Part shown: positions 16,964 through 25,950 of the stretch, piece after piece
Numbering within the stretch: the first letter of the stretch is position 1
Layout: every line of letters starts with the position of its first letter
From: a virus
Taxonomy: Duplodnaviria > Caudoviricetes
DNA length: 52,798 bases
Direction: 5' to 3' (one strand)
IMG/VR virus record: IMGVR_UViG_3300009182_000084
Location: 1-52,798 of that record
The notes under the pieces: model-generated
The model's input: only the letters and a program-made list of their open reading frames with translations
Database searches by the model: none
Told to the model about the DNA's origin: nothing
Made by a program: the position numbers and the translations under genes

Positions 16964-17266
16964 ATGAGTAACTATTACTACCACGAAGACGGGGCCTATG
17001 GTCCTGTATCAGAGATGGATGATGAGACAGTATGGACAATGATTGTTCCTACTAACTTTTATTCATATGAAATGTGGGAACGCATTGAGAACTGTACCGA
17101 TGACTTTCGGTATGAGTTAGCAAAGCACTTTGGTTATGGCTGTCACACATTCAATAGCAATGAAGTGTGTGATGAATGTCACCTAACCAAATCAGAACTA
17201 GGCGTTGACCTAGCACCAATAAATGAATACGACAATGAAGAATACCAATTGGAGATGAGCGAATGA
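16964..17266 (+). CDS. hypothetical protein
   Basis: 100 aa, AAAGGAG SD. Confidence 0.75.
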   Translation: MSNYYYHEDGAYGPVSEMDDETVWTMIVPTNFYSYEMWERIENCTDDFRYELAKHFGYGCHTFNSNEVCDECHLTKSELGVDLAPINEYDNEEYQLEMSE

Positions 17267-17481
17267 CTATCGCAGCAATAACTATTAACAAATACAAACT
17301 AACTATCACTAATGAAGAAGGCGAGGTAAGCACTCAAACTATTTGGGCTATGCCTACGGCAGTGCCTGAATACATTGCCAAGCACAACTTGGGTGAAGTT
17401 ACCTACGAAGTAATTGATTATGGCATCCAACAGGGTGAAGAGATTACTGATGAACAACGAGAACGAATGATGGAGGTATAA
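17263..17481 (+). CDS. hypothetical protein
   Basis: 72 aa, ATGA overlap. Confidence 0.7.
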   Translation: MTIAAITINKYKLTITNEEGEVSTQTIWAMPTAVPEYIAKHNLGEVTYEVIDYGIQQGEEITDEQRERMMEV

Positions 17482-17484
17482 CAA

Positions 17485-17664
17485 ATGAATGCTATTGAGA
17501 TTGCATTAGTATGTGCATCTGTACTACAGGCTGTAGCCCTAGGTATCCTAACGGTACAGCATGAACGTACTCGCGGTGTGCTTGAGCGTATGGCATTGTT
17601 CGTAGCAACTATGGCTATGACAATTGAAAAAGAAATAAAGACAGAACTTGTCGTTACTGACTGA
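17485..17664 (+). CDS. 59-aa protein with a hydrophobic N-terminal segment
   Basis: GGAGG SD; MNAIEIALVCASVLQAVALGILTV... Confidence 0.65.
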   Translation: MNAIEIALVCASVLQAVALGILTVQHERTRGVLERMALFVATMAMTIEKEIKTELVVTD

Positions 17665-17795
17665 GGCCGAACAAGCAATAGAAGATGACGTTGATGTGCC
17701 TGCGGATGTAGCGTGGAAGTTACTGCGCCTAATGTTCAATGGGCAACCAACACAAACAAAATCAATAGAAACCAATACAACTAAGGAAGATACTA

Positions 17796-18320
17796 ATGCC
17801 TAACTGGTGTGAAAACGAGATAACTATTACAGGTAACAAAGAAGTCATTGATGAGTTGCTTATTCACGCAAGGACAACAACAAACGAAGATGCAAAAAAC
17901 CCTAAGTTTCTTATGGGTTCTTTAGTGCCTATGCCATCAGTAAACTTTGATGACTGGTATGAATGGCGTGTTAAAAATTGGGGGACTAAATGGGACTTCA
18001 ACCAATACGACATAGATTTACACATACAACAAGTAACTCCTAATACTACAGAAGTATTCTTCAGAGTAGAAACGGCGTGGGCTCCACCGTTAGAATTTTG
18101 GAAAGCACTTACTAAAAAATACAAAGTTAGAGTAGAAAACTATTACTGCGAAGAAGGTGTAGGATTTGTAGGCATTGCTAAGTTTAAAGACGGAAAAATG
18201 CGTAACAAAGAAATGCAAATAACTAATGAACTATACGAAAAGGCAGGAGCAACACTGGTAGATGGGGTAGTAGATTGGGAAACAGAACAAGAGTATGACT
18301 TTAGAAAGGTATTCAAATGA
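17796..18320 (+). CDS. DUF1281/YubB ferredoxin-like family phage protein
   Basis: MPNWCEN, WYEWRVKNWGTKWD, ETAWAPP, YCEEG signature. Confidence 0.8.
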   Translation: MPNWCENEITITGNKEVIDELLIHARTTTNEDAKNPKFLMGSLVPMPSVNFDDWYEWRVKNWGTKWDFNQYDIDLHIQQVTPNTTEVFFRVETAWAPPLEFWKALTKKYKVRVENYYCEEGVGFVGIAKFKDGKMRNKEMQITNELYEKAGATLVDGVVDWETEQEYDFRKVFK

Positions 18321-18462
18321 AAATAATGTTTGCAGGATTGTCTATTAGTTGCTTTTTTCTAGCATTAGGAAGCATAGTAGGTAATGATGATAGTATAAAT
18401 TGGCCCTGGCTATGTGTGGCGGGTGCTGTGTTTGGAACCGTAAGTAAAGGAGCAAATGAGTA

Positions 18463-18639
18463 ATGAGTAAGTATTATGTAACAGGTTATTATGTTCAGTC
18501 TTGGACTGTTGAAGTCGAAGCGGATGATGAAGATGAAGCCCTAGAGATTGGTAGTGACTTTCTTGAAGAAGGCAAGGGAGAAGAAGGCGATGGAGCATGG
18601 CAAGATGAATTCAATGTATGGGAAGATGAGGAGGAATAA
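18463..18639 (+). CDS. 58-aa very acidic microprotein
   Basis: MSKYYV...VEVEADDEDEALE...WEDEEE, coupled TAATG. Confidence 0.7.
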   Translation: MSKYYVTGYYVQSWTVEVEADDEDEALEIGSDFLEEGKGEEGDGAWQDEFNVWEDEEE

Positions 18640-18815
18640 TGAACGGATGGTGTGAACACTGCAAGCGTTACGATGTAATGATTGTTACTCAACCAAACAA
18701 AGGCAAAGGTCAAGCCTTGTGCCCTGAATGCTACGACAAATACCTTGATAGTTTCACTATGGTGCAACCACCAAGGCAAGACCCTGATGATGAAAGAAAG
18801 TATGGGAGATACTAA
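18639..18815 (+). CDS. 58-aa CxxC/CxxC microprotein
   Basis: MNGWCEHC...LCPEC; GGAGG SD, TAATG coupling. Confidence 0.65.
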   Translation: MNGWCEHCKRYDVMIVTQPNKGKGQALCPECYDKYLDSFTMVQPPRQDPDDERKYGRY

Positions 18816-18946
18816 TGACTGAACTAATGGAGCCAACCACCTGCGATTGGTGTGACGCAGTATTCGATTATCAACTAGGTGGATATGTAGGGCCTGACCA
18901 CGTATGCCCTGAGTGCCTAGAATTTGAAGATGGGATTGAAAAATAA
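18815..18946 (+). CDS. 43-aa CxxC/CxxC microprotein
   Basis: TTCDWC...VCPEC; TAATG coupling both ends. Confidence 0.65.
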   Translation: MTELMEPTTCDWCDAVFDYQLGGYVGPDHVCPECLEFEDGIEK

Positions 18947-19431
18947 TGCAGACATTCATTACTAAATTAAACTATCGTGACATTGCTAAAGAACTAGACA
19001 ATAAACGATTAAATAAGCAAGCTCTCGAGGGCTGGCAGATTCTTATGAATCTGTTAGCCATTGACCCTGATGGCAACCATCGTGAACCTAAAGGTTGGTC
19101 TAACCATCCAGCAGTCAAGATGTGGCGTGGTTATGAGATGCAACTAGCAATTTATGTTATTGCTATGTGTGATGAATGGATTGAGCGTGGTTACAATACT
19201 GTAGTTAGGCAACGAGTAGAAGATACAATGCGTCATGCTGCCTTATTGAACAGGTCTATTGGAGTAGACTTGCCACCATGGTATGTAAATATTAATACTC
19301 TTGCAGATGTTGCTAGTAGCCACAGAAAAGCATTGCTAAACAAAAACTACAATTGGTATCACCAGTTTGGTTGGCCAGAAGATGATGGCTATCCACCACA
19401 GACCTACGAATACGTATGGCCAGTAGAGTAA
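18946..19431 (+). CDS. MSMEG_6728-family / pyrimidine-dimer DNA glycosylase-like protein
   Basis: MQTF, LDNKRLNKQ..E..QI, GWSNHPAVKMWRGYE, SHRKALL.K, YVWP. Confidence 0.85.
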   Translation: MQTFITKLNYRDIAKELDNKRLNKQALEGWQILMNLLAIDPDGNHREPKGWSNHPAVKMWRGYEMQLAIYVIAMCDEWIERGYNTVVRQRVEDTMRHAALLNRSIGVDLPPWYVNINTLADVASSHRKALLNKNYNWYHQFGWPEDDGYPPQTYEYVWPVE

Positions 19432-19592
19432 AGGAGAGATAATGTCACACCATCCAGTAATACCTAAAACCGATAACTGCGAGCATGAACACGTATACGA
19501 GTACTGGCACGATTGCAGTATAGAATGCGCAGTAAACGAATGTCAAGACTGTGGTGCGTATGCCACAGACTGTGAAGATACATGGCACATAA

Positions 19593-19793
19593 ATGAAAAA
19601 GGAGAAACAAATGAATGAACCAGTAAGCAGTAACCCAGAAACAAGTGCACTATTTGAGATGTTTGAAAAAGGATATGATGCAGGAGTCAATGAAGTACTT
19701 GATGCCCTCACTATCTTTTGCGGACAAGGTGGAGTAATAGACAAAGTTAATGTAGAAGAGTGGATTGAGACTTACGATTTGGAGAGTAAATAA
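19593..19793 (+). CDS. hypothetical protein
   Basis: ORF; true start probably ATG at 19611 after AAAGGAG. Confidence 0.65.
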   Translation: MKKEKQMNEPVSSNPETSALFEMFEKGYDAGVNEVLDALTIFCGQGGVIDKVNVEEWIETYDLESK

Positions 19794-19889
19794 ATGTGTG
19801 AAGACTACCCATGCTGTGGTCATCAAAATGGTGACTGCTCAGATTATGATGGCAGCCTATTTGGTTGGCAAAAAGAAGGAGATAACTAA
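19794..19889 (+). CDS. 31-aa Cys-rich microprotein MCEDYPCCGHQNGDC...
   Basis: Hand translation; GGAG SD; TAATG coupling. Confidence 0.6.
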   Translation: MCEDYPCCGHQNGDCSDYDGSLFGWQKEGDN

Positions 19890-20053
19890 TGAGTGATACA
19901 TACTACAGCATTGAAATCTATTACCCTGACACAGGTTGGATTCCAGTTAGATGGGCTCCAAACTTTGACACAGAAGAAGAGGCCGAGGCATGGCTGTATC
20001 AAGACCATGACTGGGATGGACAAGTACAAGTAGTAAAGATTGAGGAAGACTAA
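19889..20053 (+). CDS. 54-aa acidic microprotein
   Basis: AAGGAG SD; FDTEEEAEAW motif; TAATG coupling. Confidence 0.7.
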   Translation: MSDTYYSIEIYYPDTGWIPVRWAPNFDTEEEAEAWLYQDHDWDGQVQVVKIEED

Positions 20054-20241
20054 TGAGTAAAAAAGCACTAGAAAACTTTGCAATAAGCAAGGAAATGTTT
20101 GAAGAAGCATTACAAGATACACTGACTGATGCTCAATGGGATGCTATTGCCGATGAGATTGACGGCAGGGTAGGTAACTACCTTGATGAACTACTTGGTA
20201 TGCTCATCACGGAAATTGAAGAAGGCGAGTGGGAAGACTAA
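20053..20241 (+). CDS. acidic hypothetical protein
   Basis: 62 aa, coupled. Confidence 0.7.
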   Translation: MSKKALENFAISKEMFEEALQDTLTDAQWDAIADEIDGRVGNYLDELLGMLITEIEEGEWED

Positions 20242-20411
20242 TGACTAATGTAACTCAATCTGAAGAAATAATTGAAAACTTCTCTAAGTCACTAGGTAAG
20301 GATAGCGCTTATCCTTATGCTTTTGGCTATGCTTGGGGAATGCTTACTACTAGGCAGCGCCAGCTGTTGATGGCAGTAAGTGTTGAAATGAAAAACGCAA
20401 CAACCAAATAA
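20241..20411 (+). CDS. hypothetical protein
   Basis: TAATG-coupled start MTNVTQ. Confidence 0.65.
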   Translation: MTNVTQSEEIIENFSKSLGKDSAYPYAFGYAWGMLTTRQRQLLMAVSVEMKNATTK

Positions 20412-20435
20412 CAAACAAGTAAAGGAAAAAATAAT

Positions 20436-20663
20436 ATGAAGAAGTACGAATCAGCACAAAAGACCCAGGTATTCCTTAAGGCTGCCTTGGCACACATGAC
20501 CATCCGTCGGACTGGCAAGCACCTTGTCATTCTTGCACCAGATGGTAAACTGTTCGGCAACAAGAAGCCAGTGCTCACCTACCAGATTACTAAGACCCAG
20601 GGTTGGGATGAGGTTTATGGTAAGGCGTACACTGACATGCACAAAGACCTTGTAGAGGCTTAG
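20436..20663 (+). CDS. hypothetical protein
   Basis: 75 aa, AAAGGA SD, biased codon usage. Confidence 0.75.
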   Translation: MKKYESAQKTQVFLKAALAHMTIRRTGKHLVILAPDGKLFGNKKPVLTYQITKTQGWDEVYGKAYTDMHKDLVEA

Positions 20664-20674
20664 TCAGTAGCTTT

Positions 20675-20701
20675 GGTGGCCCCGCCTAGTGCGGGGCTGC
20701 C
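20675..20701 (+). terminator. GC-rich hairpin
   Basis: GGTGGCCCCGC-CTAGT-GCGGGGCTGCC. Confidence 0.55.
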
Positions 20702-20934
20702 TTAGCACTAAAGAAGGAAAAGATGGGAATTATACTTGGGCTTCTTTTGTTGTTTTGGGTATCTGTTTGGTACCTTACATACAAAGAAGATGACCGTGAT
20801 GCATTATAGAAAGAAGAGTATATGAACGAAGATGAATACGAATCCGATTGCTGTGCATACAAAACCATGTTCTCAATGGAACGTGACCTTATATGTTTAA
20901 AATGTGGTAAACAATGTTTCAGAAAGTTTAAAAA

Positions 20935-21180
20935 ATGAGAGAGTTTAAAAATGAAGGCGCTCAATGCGCTTGTTGTGCCCCTAAAGAAATAGACAACGTA
21001 GAGATTACAGCTGCCTACAGGCTAGGTCAAACAGAGGCTAATAAAAATATTATAGATAAACTACTGGAGTTGGGTGTCTTGAGACGCAGTATGCTTGGTT
21101 CTAACTTCTATGTAATCTATAGTGAGTATGGTCCAAAAGATATAACAATAGAACGACTAACAGAAATGGAAAACAAGTGA
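20935..21180 (+). CDS. hypothetical protein
   Basis: 81 aa ORF in operon. Confidence 0.65.
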   Translation: MREFKNEGAQCACCAPKEIDNVEITAAYRLGQTEANKNIIDKLLELGVLRRSMLGSNFYVIYSEYGPKDITIERLTEMENK

Positions 21181-21401
21181 GTGGAAGTAAAGATTTAAAA
21201 GTATTAATAAAACAAGCGGAACAACAAGGATGGGAAGTTGGGTTAACAAAGAGTGGCCACTGGAGATGGATATCTCCTACTGGTAAATCAATCTTTTGTT
21301 CCAAGACTCCATCCGACTATAGAATGATTCTAAACTTTAAGCGTGAGCTTAAAGGCCTAGGGTTCATTGACATCACAAAACAATCAAGGAGAAAACGATG
21401 A
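21177..21401 (+). CDS. HicA-like (dsRBD-fold) protein
   Basis: LIKQAEQQGWEV...SGHWRW..P.G...TPSD.R pattern of actinophage HicA-like proteins. Confidence 0.7.
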   Translation: MSGSKDLKVLIKQAEQQGWEVGLTKSGHWRWISPTGKSIFCSKTPSDYRMILNFKRELKGLGFIDITKQSRRKR

Positions 21402-21631
21402 TTAATTCAGAACAAGCAGCATGTGCTGGAGAAGACACAGCAATCTTCTTCCCAGAACCTGGGCCACATGCCAGGGGTGACACAGCACTAGCCAAAGCCA
21501 TCTGTGCGTCTTGTCCCATAATCAAAGAATGTCTAGCCTTTGCGTTAGCCAATGATGAGTATGGTATCTGGGGCGGCACTACAGACTACGAACGTCGTCG
21601 CACCAGCAAGTACAAAAATATTGTAGTGTAA
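21398..21631 (+). CDS. whiB: WhiB-family transcription factor
   Basis: AAC..FFP...AKAICASCP..KECL..AL...GIWGG. Confidence 0.95.
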   Translation: MINSEQAACAGEDTAIFFPEPGPHARGDTALAKAICASCPIIKECLAFALANDEYGIWGGTTDYERRRTSKYKNIVV

Positions 21632-21637
21632 ATGAAA

Positions 21638-21664
21638 GGCCCCCTACCGCAATGGCAGGGGGCC
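21638..21664. terminator. hairpin between convergent whiB and nrdJ
   Basis: GGCCCCCT...AGGGGGCC inverted repeat. Confidence 0.7.
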
Positions 21665-21676
21665 CAACACAAACAA

Positions 21677-23713
21677 CTACTGGTTATCTTTAATCAACTT
21701 AACTTCACAAGCGTCTGTTGTACAGTACGCTTCACCAACTGCGTCCGCTGCCAAGCCAGCATAAACACCAGCAAAGTCAATAGGAAAAAGCTCCATAGCA
21801 TACGCCTCGTATTCTTCTTCAGTAATCTGAGTATAAGGCATCTGTGGATAGACGTGGTTACCCATTGGCAAGAAAGAGACAGTCTTTAGTTGACCGTCGT
21901 ACATGTGTAGCGCCGTACCAATAGCGTCGCTTTCCTTTTCACTATCAAAGGTGACAGTTACAGAAACAGAATTGTCACTCCAATAACGTTGTGCAGTAGC
22001 TGCCAATGCCATCTTTTCATACACAGAAACGTCTTTTTCAGACCTTTCTGCCCCAGATTTAATAGGGAAAAATACTACAGAAGTAGTATCTGGCGATTCC
22101 GATGCAGGTTCAACTCTATACTGAGCCATCTTAAACAAAGGCAACATAGGGTCATTATTTCCAAAACGAATAGCTCTAAGGAAGTATTTGCCACCCGCTG
22201 TCCAGTGAACACCTGGCGACTCACCCGCAAGAATAGAAACAGTACCAGAAGGCTTAACTGTAGTCATTTTAATAGACTCGCGAATACCTAGCCACTCACT
22301 GTAAGTCTGGTCATAGTTTTTAACTACACCATAACCTTCATCCATCCATTCACGTAGCACGTGCATGCCCTTAGAGTCTGCAAAGTTTGCTACGCCTGAA
22401 ACTGACGTACCAATACGGCGGTTACGCTGCATGATTGCGTTTGTTTCTTCCCAGTGAGTAGGAAGTAGAGTCACAGTCTTTGCGTAGAGGTAAGCAAATT
22501 TAAGTGTGCGTTTAAAATCTTCTAGTGACTCATGTCTATTCAAATACGTTTCTACAAGCGTACACATTTCAAACGATTCAAGTGACTGCTCAGCGCATGG
22601 GTTGTACCCAACTACACGCCAATCCTTGTTGTTTACACCATCAGCTAGACGCCCATACTTACGACTCATGTCCATCCAGACTACGCCTGGCTCACCATTG
22701 CGTACAATTCCATCCACAATTGGGTCAAAATCCGTACCTACTGATACTTCCACGCTGTTATTACTCATCCACGCCCAACCTGGGGCTTCTGGGTCATAAC
22801 TGTTACGCTCTGGAAACTTCTCTGCATTCTTCAAATTCAGAAAATTCTCGTCATCAATACGGCCAATCAACAACTCTGCCGAACGTCGTACGTTACCCGA
22901 TACCACACATACGCCAATCAGATTACCAATGTCTGCGATGTCTGTACGCGTCAGCTTTTGTCCGCCTCTATTCAAAAATAGATTACGAATGTGGTTGTGC
23001 AAATTAATCAATGGTTCTGGACCCGACGCTGTTCCACCAAACGTGGCAATTGGCGCACCGTATGGTCGAATCAAATCGTAATTAAATTCCCACATTGGCT
23101 GGTCTGCTTTTAGAAATGAATTTATTAATGCGGTTGTGGACTCTGCCCAACCTTCACGCGTGTCTGGAATTACGTATTCCGACACCCCTTGTGGTGCGTA
23201 AATATCAAATCCCTTATCAGCACCCTTGTCATCAAATCCAACACCCACACCCAACATCGATGCCTCCATCAAAAATGCAAATGGCTTGGCTGGATTGTTC
23301 TTGGTCATCTCGTTTGTACTAACAAATGCACAATTCTGCAACGCTGCGCTGTTCTTTTGCTCGTTTACAATTGGCGTACCCATTACCCACAAACCACGAC
23401 CTGGCGGTGTCCACTTCAACTGGAATAGGCGTTCAAATGCTTCTTTTGCTGACGCTGCTGCTTTGGCATCCGACCATGGCAAACGGTTAGACTTTGCGTG
23501 GTCTTTCTGCAATGAATACATGCCGTTAATTACACGTTCGCAAACTTCTGCCCACGTCTCTTTTGTTCCATCGTCTTTCTTGCGGCTGTATGTGCGCAAA
23601 AAGGTAATTTCACCTACCGAGTTGCCCGCAACATCGGTGTAACCAAATGGTGCTTTCTTGTCCTTGTATCCTGATACGAAATCTTCCGCTAAACGGAATG
23701 AAAAATTAGTCAT
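21677..23713 (-). CDS. nrdJ: adenosylcobalamin-dependent class II ribonucleotide reductase (monomeric RTPR type)
   Basis: RTYSR, PPGRGLW, NCAF, GNVRRSAE, NPCAEQSL, TTVKPSGTVS, C-terminal CTTDAC. Confidence 0.95.
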   Translation of the reverse strand: MTNFSFRLAEDFVSGYKDKKAPFGYTDVAGNSVGEITFLRTYSRKKDDGTKETWAEVCERVINGMYSLQKDHAKSNRLPWSDAKAAASAKEAFERLFQLKWTPPGRGLWVMGTPIVNEQKNSAALQNCAFVSTNEMTKNNPAKPFAFLMEASMLGVGVGFDDKGADKGFDIYAPQGVSEYVIPDTREGWAESTTALINSFLKADQPMWEFNYDLIRPYGAPIATFGGTASGPEPLINLHNHIRNLFLNRGGQKLTRTDIADIGNLIGVCVVSGNVRRSAELLIGRIDDENFLNLKNAEKFPERNSYDPEAPGWAWMSNNSVEVSVGTDFDPIVDGIVRNGEPGVVWMDMSRKYGRLADGVNNKDWRVVGYNPCAEQSLESFEMCTLVETYLNRHESLEDFKRTLKFAYLYAKTVTLLPTHWEETNAIMQRNRRIGTSVSGVANFADSKGMHVLREWMDEGYGVVKNYDQTYSEWLGIRESIKMTTVKPSGTVSILAGESPGVHWTAGGKYFLRAIRFGNNDPMLPLFKMAQYRVEPASESPDTTSVVFFPIKSGAERSEKDVSVYEKMALAATAQRYWSDNSVSVTVTFDSEKESDAIGTALHMYDGQLKTVSFLPMGNHVYPQMPYTQITEEEYEAYAMELFPIDFAGVYAGLAADAVGEAYCTTDACEVKLIKDNQ

Positions 23714-23863
23714 GTAACCACCATCTGTTAATTATTTGAAATACCCCGACTGGGGAACCTCTATTATCGCTGGTATTAGCTTAACATGCTTCTACTAATA
23801 TCGTCAAACACACAAATACTCTGACTATTTTCTGGACTATAACGTTTCAATACTTATATGACC

Positions 23864-23878
23864 CTGTTATCAGATACT
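23864..23878. repeat. 15-bp exact direct repeat CTGTTATCAGATACT, copy 1
   Basis: Identical to 24520-24534. Confidence 0.85.
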
Positions 23879-23879
23879 A

Positions 23880-25373
23880 CTATTCTAATGAATCCTTGAT
23901 TATGAACGTGGTTTGCTCTTCGTTTAGTGGCTGATTTAGCTCTCGCAATGCCTGCGCTTTGTCACCAAAAATTGCTGACAGTACACCTCCCGATGTCTGG
24001 CGGCTGGCAGTAATCTGAACAAACTCTTTATTGCTTTCCAGGTCCTTGACTGACGCCACCAACTTCAACAATCTGTCCATTTCCTGGGACGTATTTGGGT
24101 CTGCGTATCCACCATTCAATTCTTCTGCAAACCGCATAAATGCTACTCTCTGGCCCTGCATCTCAACAATTGCGGTCAACAAACCCTTCAGCTGGTCCTT
24201 GGTTTTAACTTCAATTGGCAGGTTAAATGCACACGTGTTTGCTGGCTTAAATGCGGGGCAATTCGCTGCGACAAAACAGGTATCGCACTGTCTCAAACTG
24301 GCACTATTGGACTGAACTACGGGCACATCTTTTAGTACATCACGACCGTCTTCTGTCTCCACAATAGTCTTCATCTGATACCCCAAAACAGGCATTGAAA
24401 TGACTTCATTTGGGTCTCTTTGCACTACCTCTGTGCGTTCAACTTTCCGCACTTCGGACCCCTTGTTATTAGATGGGTCTATATCCAAATCCATCAAACC
24501 ACTGTATAGGGTATTATCACTGTTATCAGATACTTTGTCACCTTGAATGAGCTTCAGCTCTGGTTTTTCTTTATCCATTTGCTTCTCTAACTGTAAATAT
24601 GACCAAACCGCAACTTTTGTTGCTTCTAATGTGTCATCACCTTTGAACTTACCAAAATCAAATCCCGCTTTTTCAACTACACTTTTGTATCTTAAACGGG
24701 CTTGGTCTTTCATCTTTTTTGGATAACGAACCAGCTTTGACCCGTCCCAAATAATTGTTTCACCTCGCCGCATTGGGCTCAACCACGACAATGTGCTGGC
24801 AGTATCAAATGGAATTTGCCTCAGATTGTCTGGTTTTGCTGTTGCCAATGCGTGGAACTCGGTCCCGTATGTTCTTTTTAAACTTCTAACTGTTCCTGAT
24901 AATGACGTAACTGTTTCGATTACATCCCCTGGAATTGCAACATTTTTGTACTCTTCCGACCACTGTCGCAACATGGCAGAACTGTATGTATCGTGCCAAA
25001 CTACCCACATCTTTGGGTCATTTTCAAATGCGGCCCGCTGCTGTTGAACCCAATTTAGGCCCAACACTTGGCTATCAAACTCTACCCAGCCTTCAATTCG
25101 TTCATAATTTAATGCAATAAACTCTTCATAGTCCGCCGCGTACTCCTCGAGCTCACGAACTGACCACCCAGCTTTATCTGCTTGAACTGCTCCTGAATCT
25201 ACCCACACTTTCATGTTTGGGAGGAAATGCTCACCAATTAGATACGCCTTTGTCTTTGGCAAACCTCTTTTGCGCAATCCCCAGTACGACAACATAACTT
25301 GGTCTACGCCTGTGCGTTCCAATAACGTCCTGTTTGATGGTACTTCTACCCCACCAAAAATCAACTTACTCAA
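23880..25373 (-). CDS. two-domain protein: degenerate TGT/DpdA-like TIM-barrel plus Cys4/helical C-terminal domain
   Basis: VWVDSGA, VVWH, VAIPG, FHALA, STLSW echo the phage LDSGAF/PVWH/HGFG/DSSSW TGT-like family; CDTC..NC...TC cluster. Confidence 0.55.
   Translation of the reverse strand: MSKLIFGGVEVPSNRTLLERTGVDQVMLSYWGLRKRGLPKTKAYLIGEHFLPNMKVWVDSGAVQADKAGWSVRELEEYAADYEEFIALNYERIEGWVEFDSQVLGLNWVQQQRAAFENDPKMWVVWHDTYSSAMLRQWSEEYKNVAIPGDVIETVTSLSGTVRSLKRTYGTEFHALATAKPDNLRQIPFDTASTLSWLSPMRRGETIIWDGSKLVRYPKKMKDQARLRYKSVVEKAGFDFGKFKGDDTLEATKVAVWSYLQLEKQMDKEKPELKLIQGDKVSDNSDNTLYSGLMDLDIDPSNNKGSEVRKVERTEVVQRDPNEVISMPVLGYQMKTIVETEDGRDVLKDVPVVQSNSASLRQCDTCFVAANCPAFKPANTCAFNLPIEVKTKDQLKGLLTAIVEMQGQRVAFMRFAEELNGGYADPNTSQEMDRLLKLVASVKDLESNKEFVQITASRQTSGGVLSAIFGDKAQALRELNQPLNEEQTTFIIKDSLE
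24520..24534. repeat. 15-bp exact direct repeat CTGTTATCAGATACT, copy 2
   Basis: Identical to 23864-23878; lies in the inter-domain linker coding region. Confidence 0.85.
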
Positions 25374-25851
25374 AATTTAATGTTTCTGTTCTTGTCAAAC
25401 GTGCATCTTGGGTTCGTAATGCGTTTTGCTTTTCAATCGCTGCCTCAATCTCATTCCATGCACGTACTTTTTTAGGTGCATCTGGTCGAAATTCTGGGCG
25501 TGTGTACGAGGGAACTGCAAACATTACCGATGGGATTCCCTGCTCAAATGCAAATGTCCACGTGCTTGGATTGTTTGTAATAAATAAATCCACTGCGCCC
25601 TTTGCACGGCTCAATGTCAACTGGCGCTGCGCTAACGGAACATCGTGCAGCGCTACTGATGAATCTACAATGTTGTCAAAATCTACAATCTTATTACTGT
25701 CTAACCAGTACCGTGTTTCTCTTTCATCAGACGATGACAATAAGGTCAACTTATTGTACACGCTCAGTGTACCTGCCATAATAACGCCAGTACCAATTGG
25801 CTCATCGTTTGTGCCTCGTAATACGCCGTCTAATTCTACTACTATGTGCAT
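25366..25851 (-). CDS. HAD-fold-like protein with variant motif I
   Basis: IVVELDGVL in place of DxDGV. Confidence 0.6.
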   Translation of the reverse strand: MHIVVELDGVLRGTNDEPIGTGVIMAGTLSVYNKLTLLSSSDERETRYWLDSNKIVDFDNIVDSSVALHDVPLAQRQLTLSRAKGAVDLFITNNPSTWTFAFEQGIPSVMFAVPSYTRPEFRPDAPKKVRAWNEIEAAIEKQNALRTQDARLTRTETLNFE

Positions 25852-25857
25852 TTATTC

Positions 25858-25950
25858 CTAATAACTATCGTCTGTACAATCGCATTTGCAGGTGTCCTCT
25901 ACACAAATGTCTTTGTATAGCTCATGGCCACATTTAATACAGTGTGTCAA
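25858..25950 (-). CDS. 30-aa Cys-rich microprotein
   Basis: TTG start directly after upstream stop; THCIKCGH...C....CKCDC. Confidence 0.5.
   Translation of the reverse strand: MTHCIKCGHELYKDICVEDTCKCDCTDDSY

Noticed and set aside
23714-23879. Cobalamin riboswitch or NrdR boxes upstream of nrdJ
   Set aside because: No B12 box or convincing tandem NrdR palindromes seen
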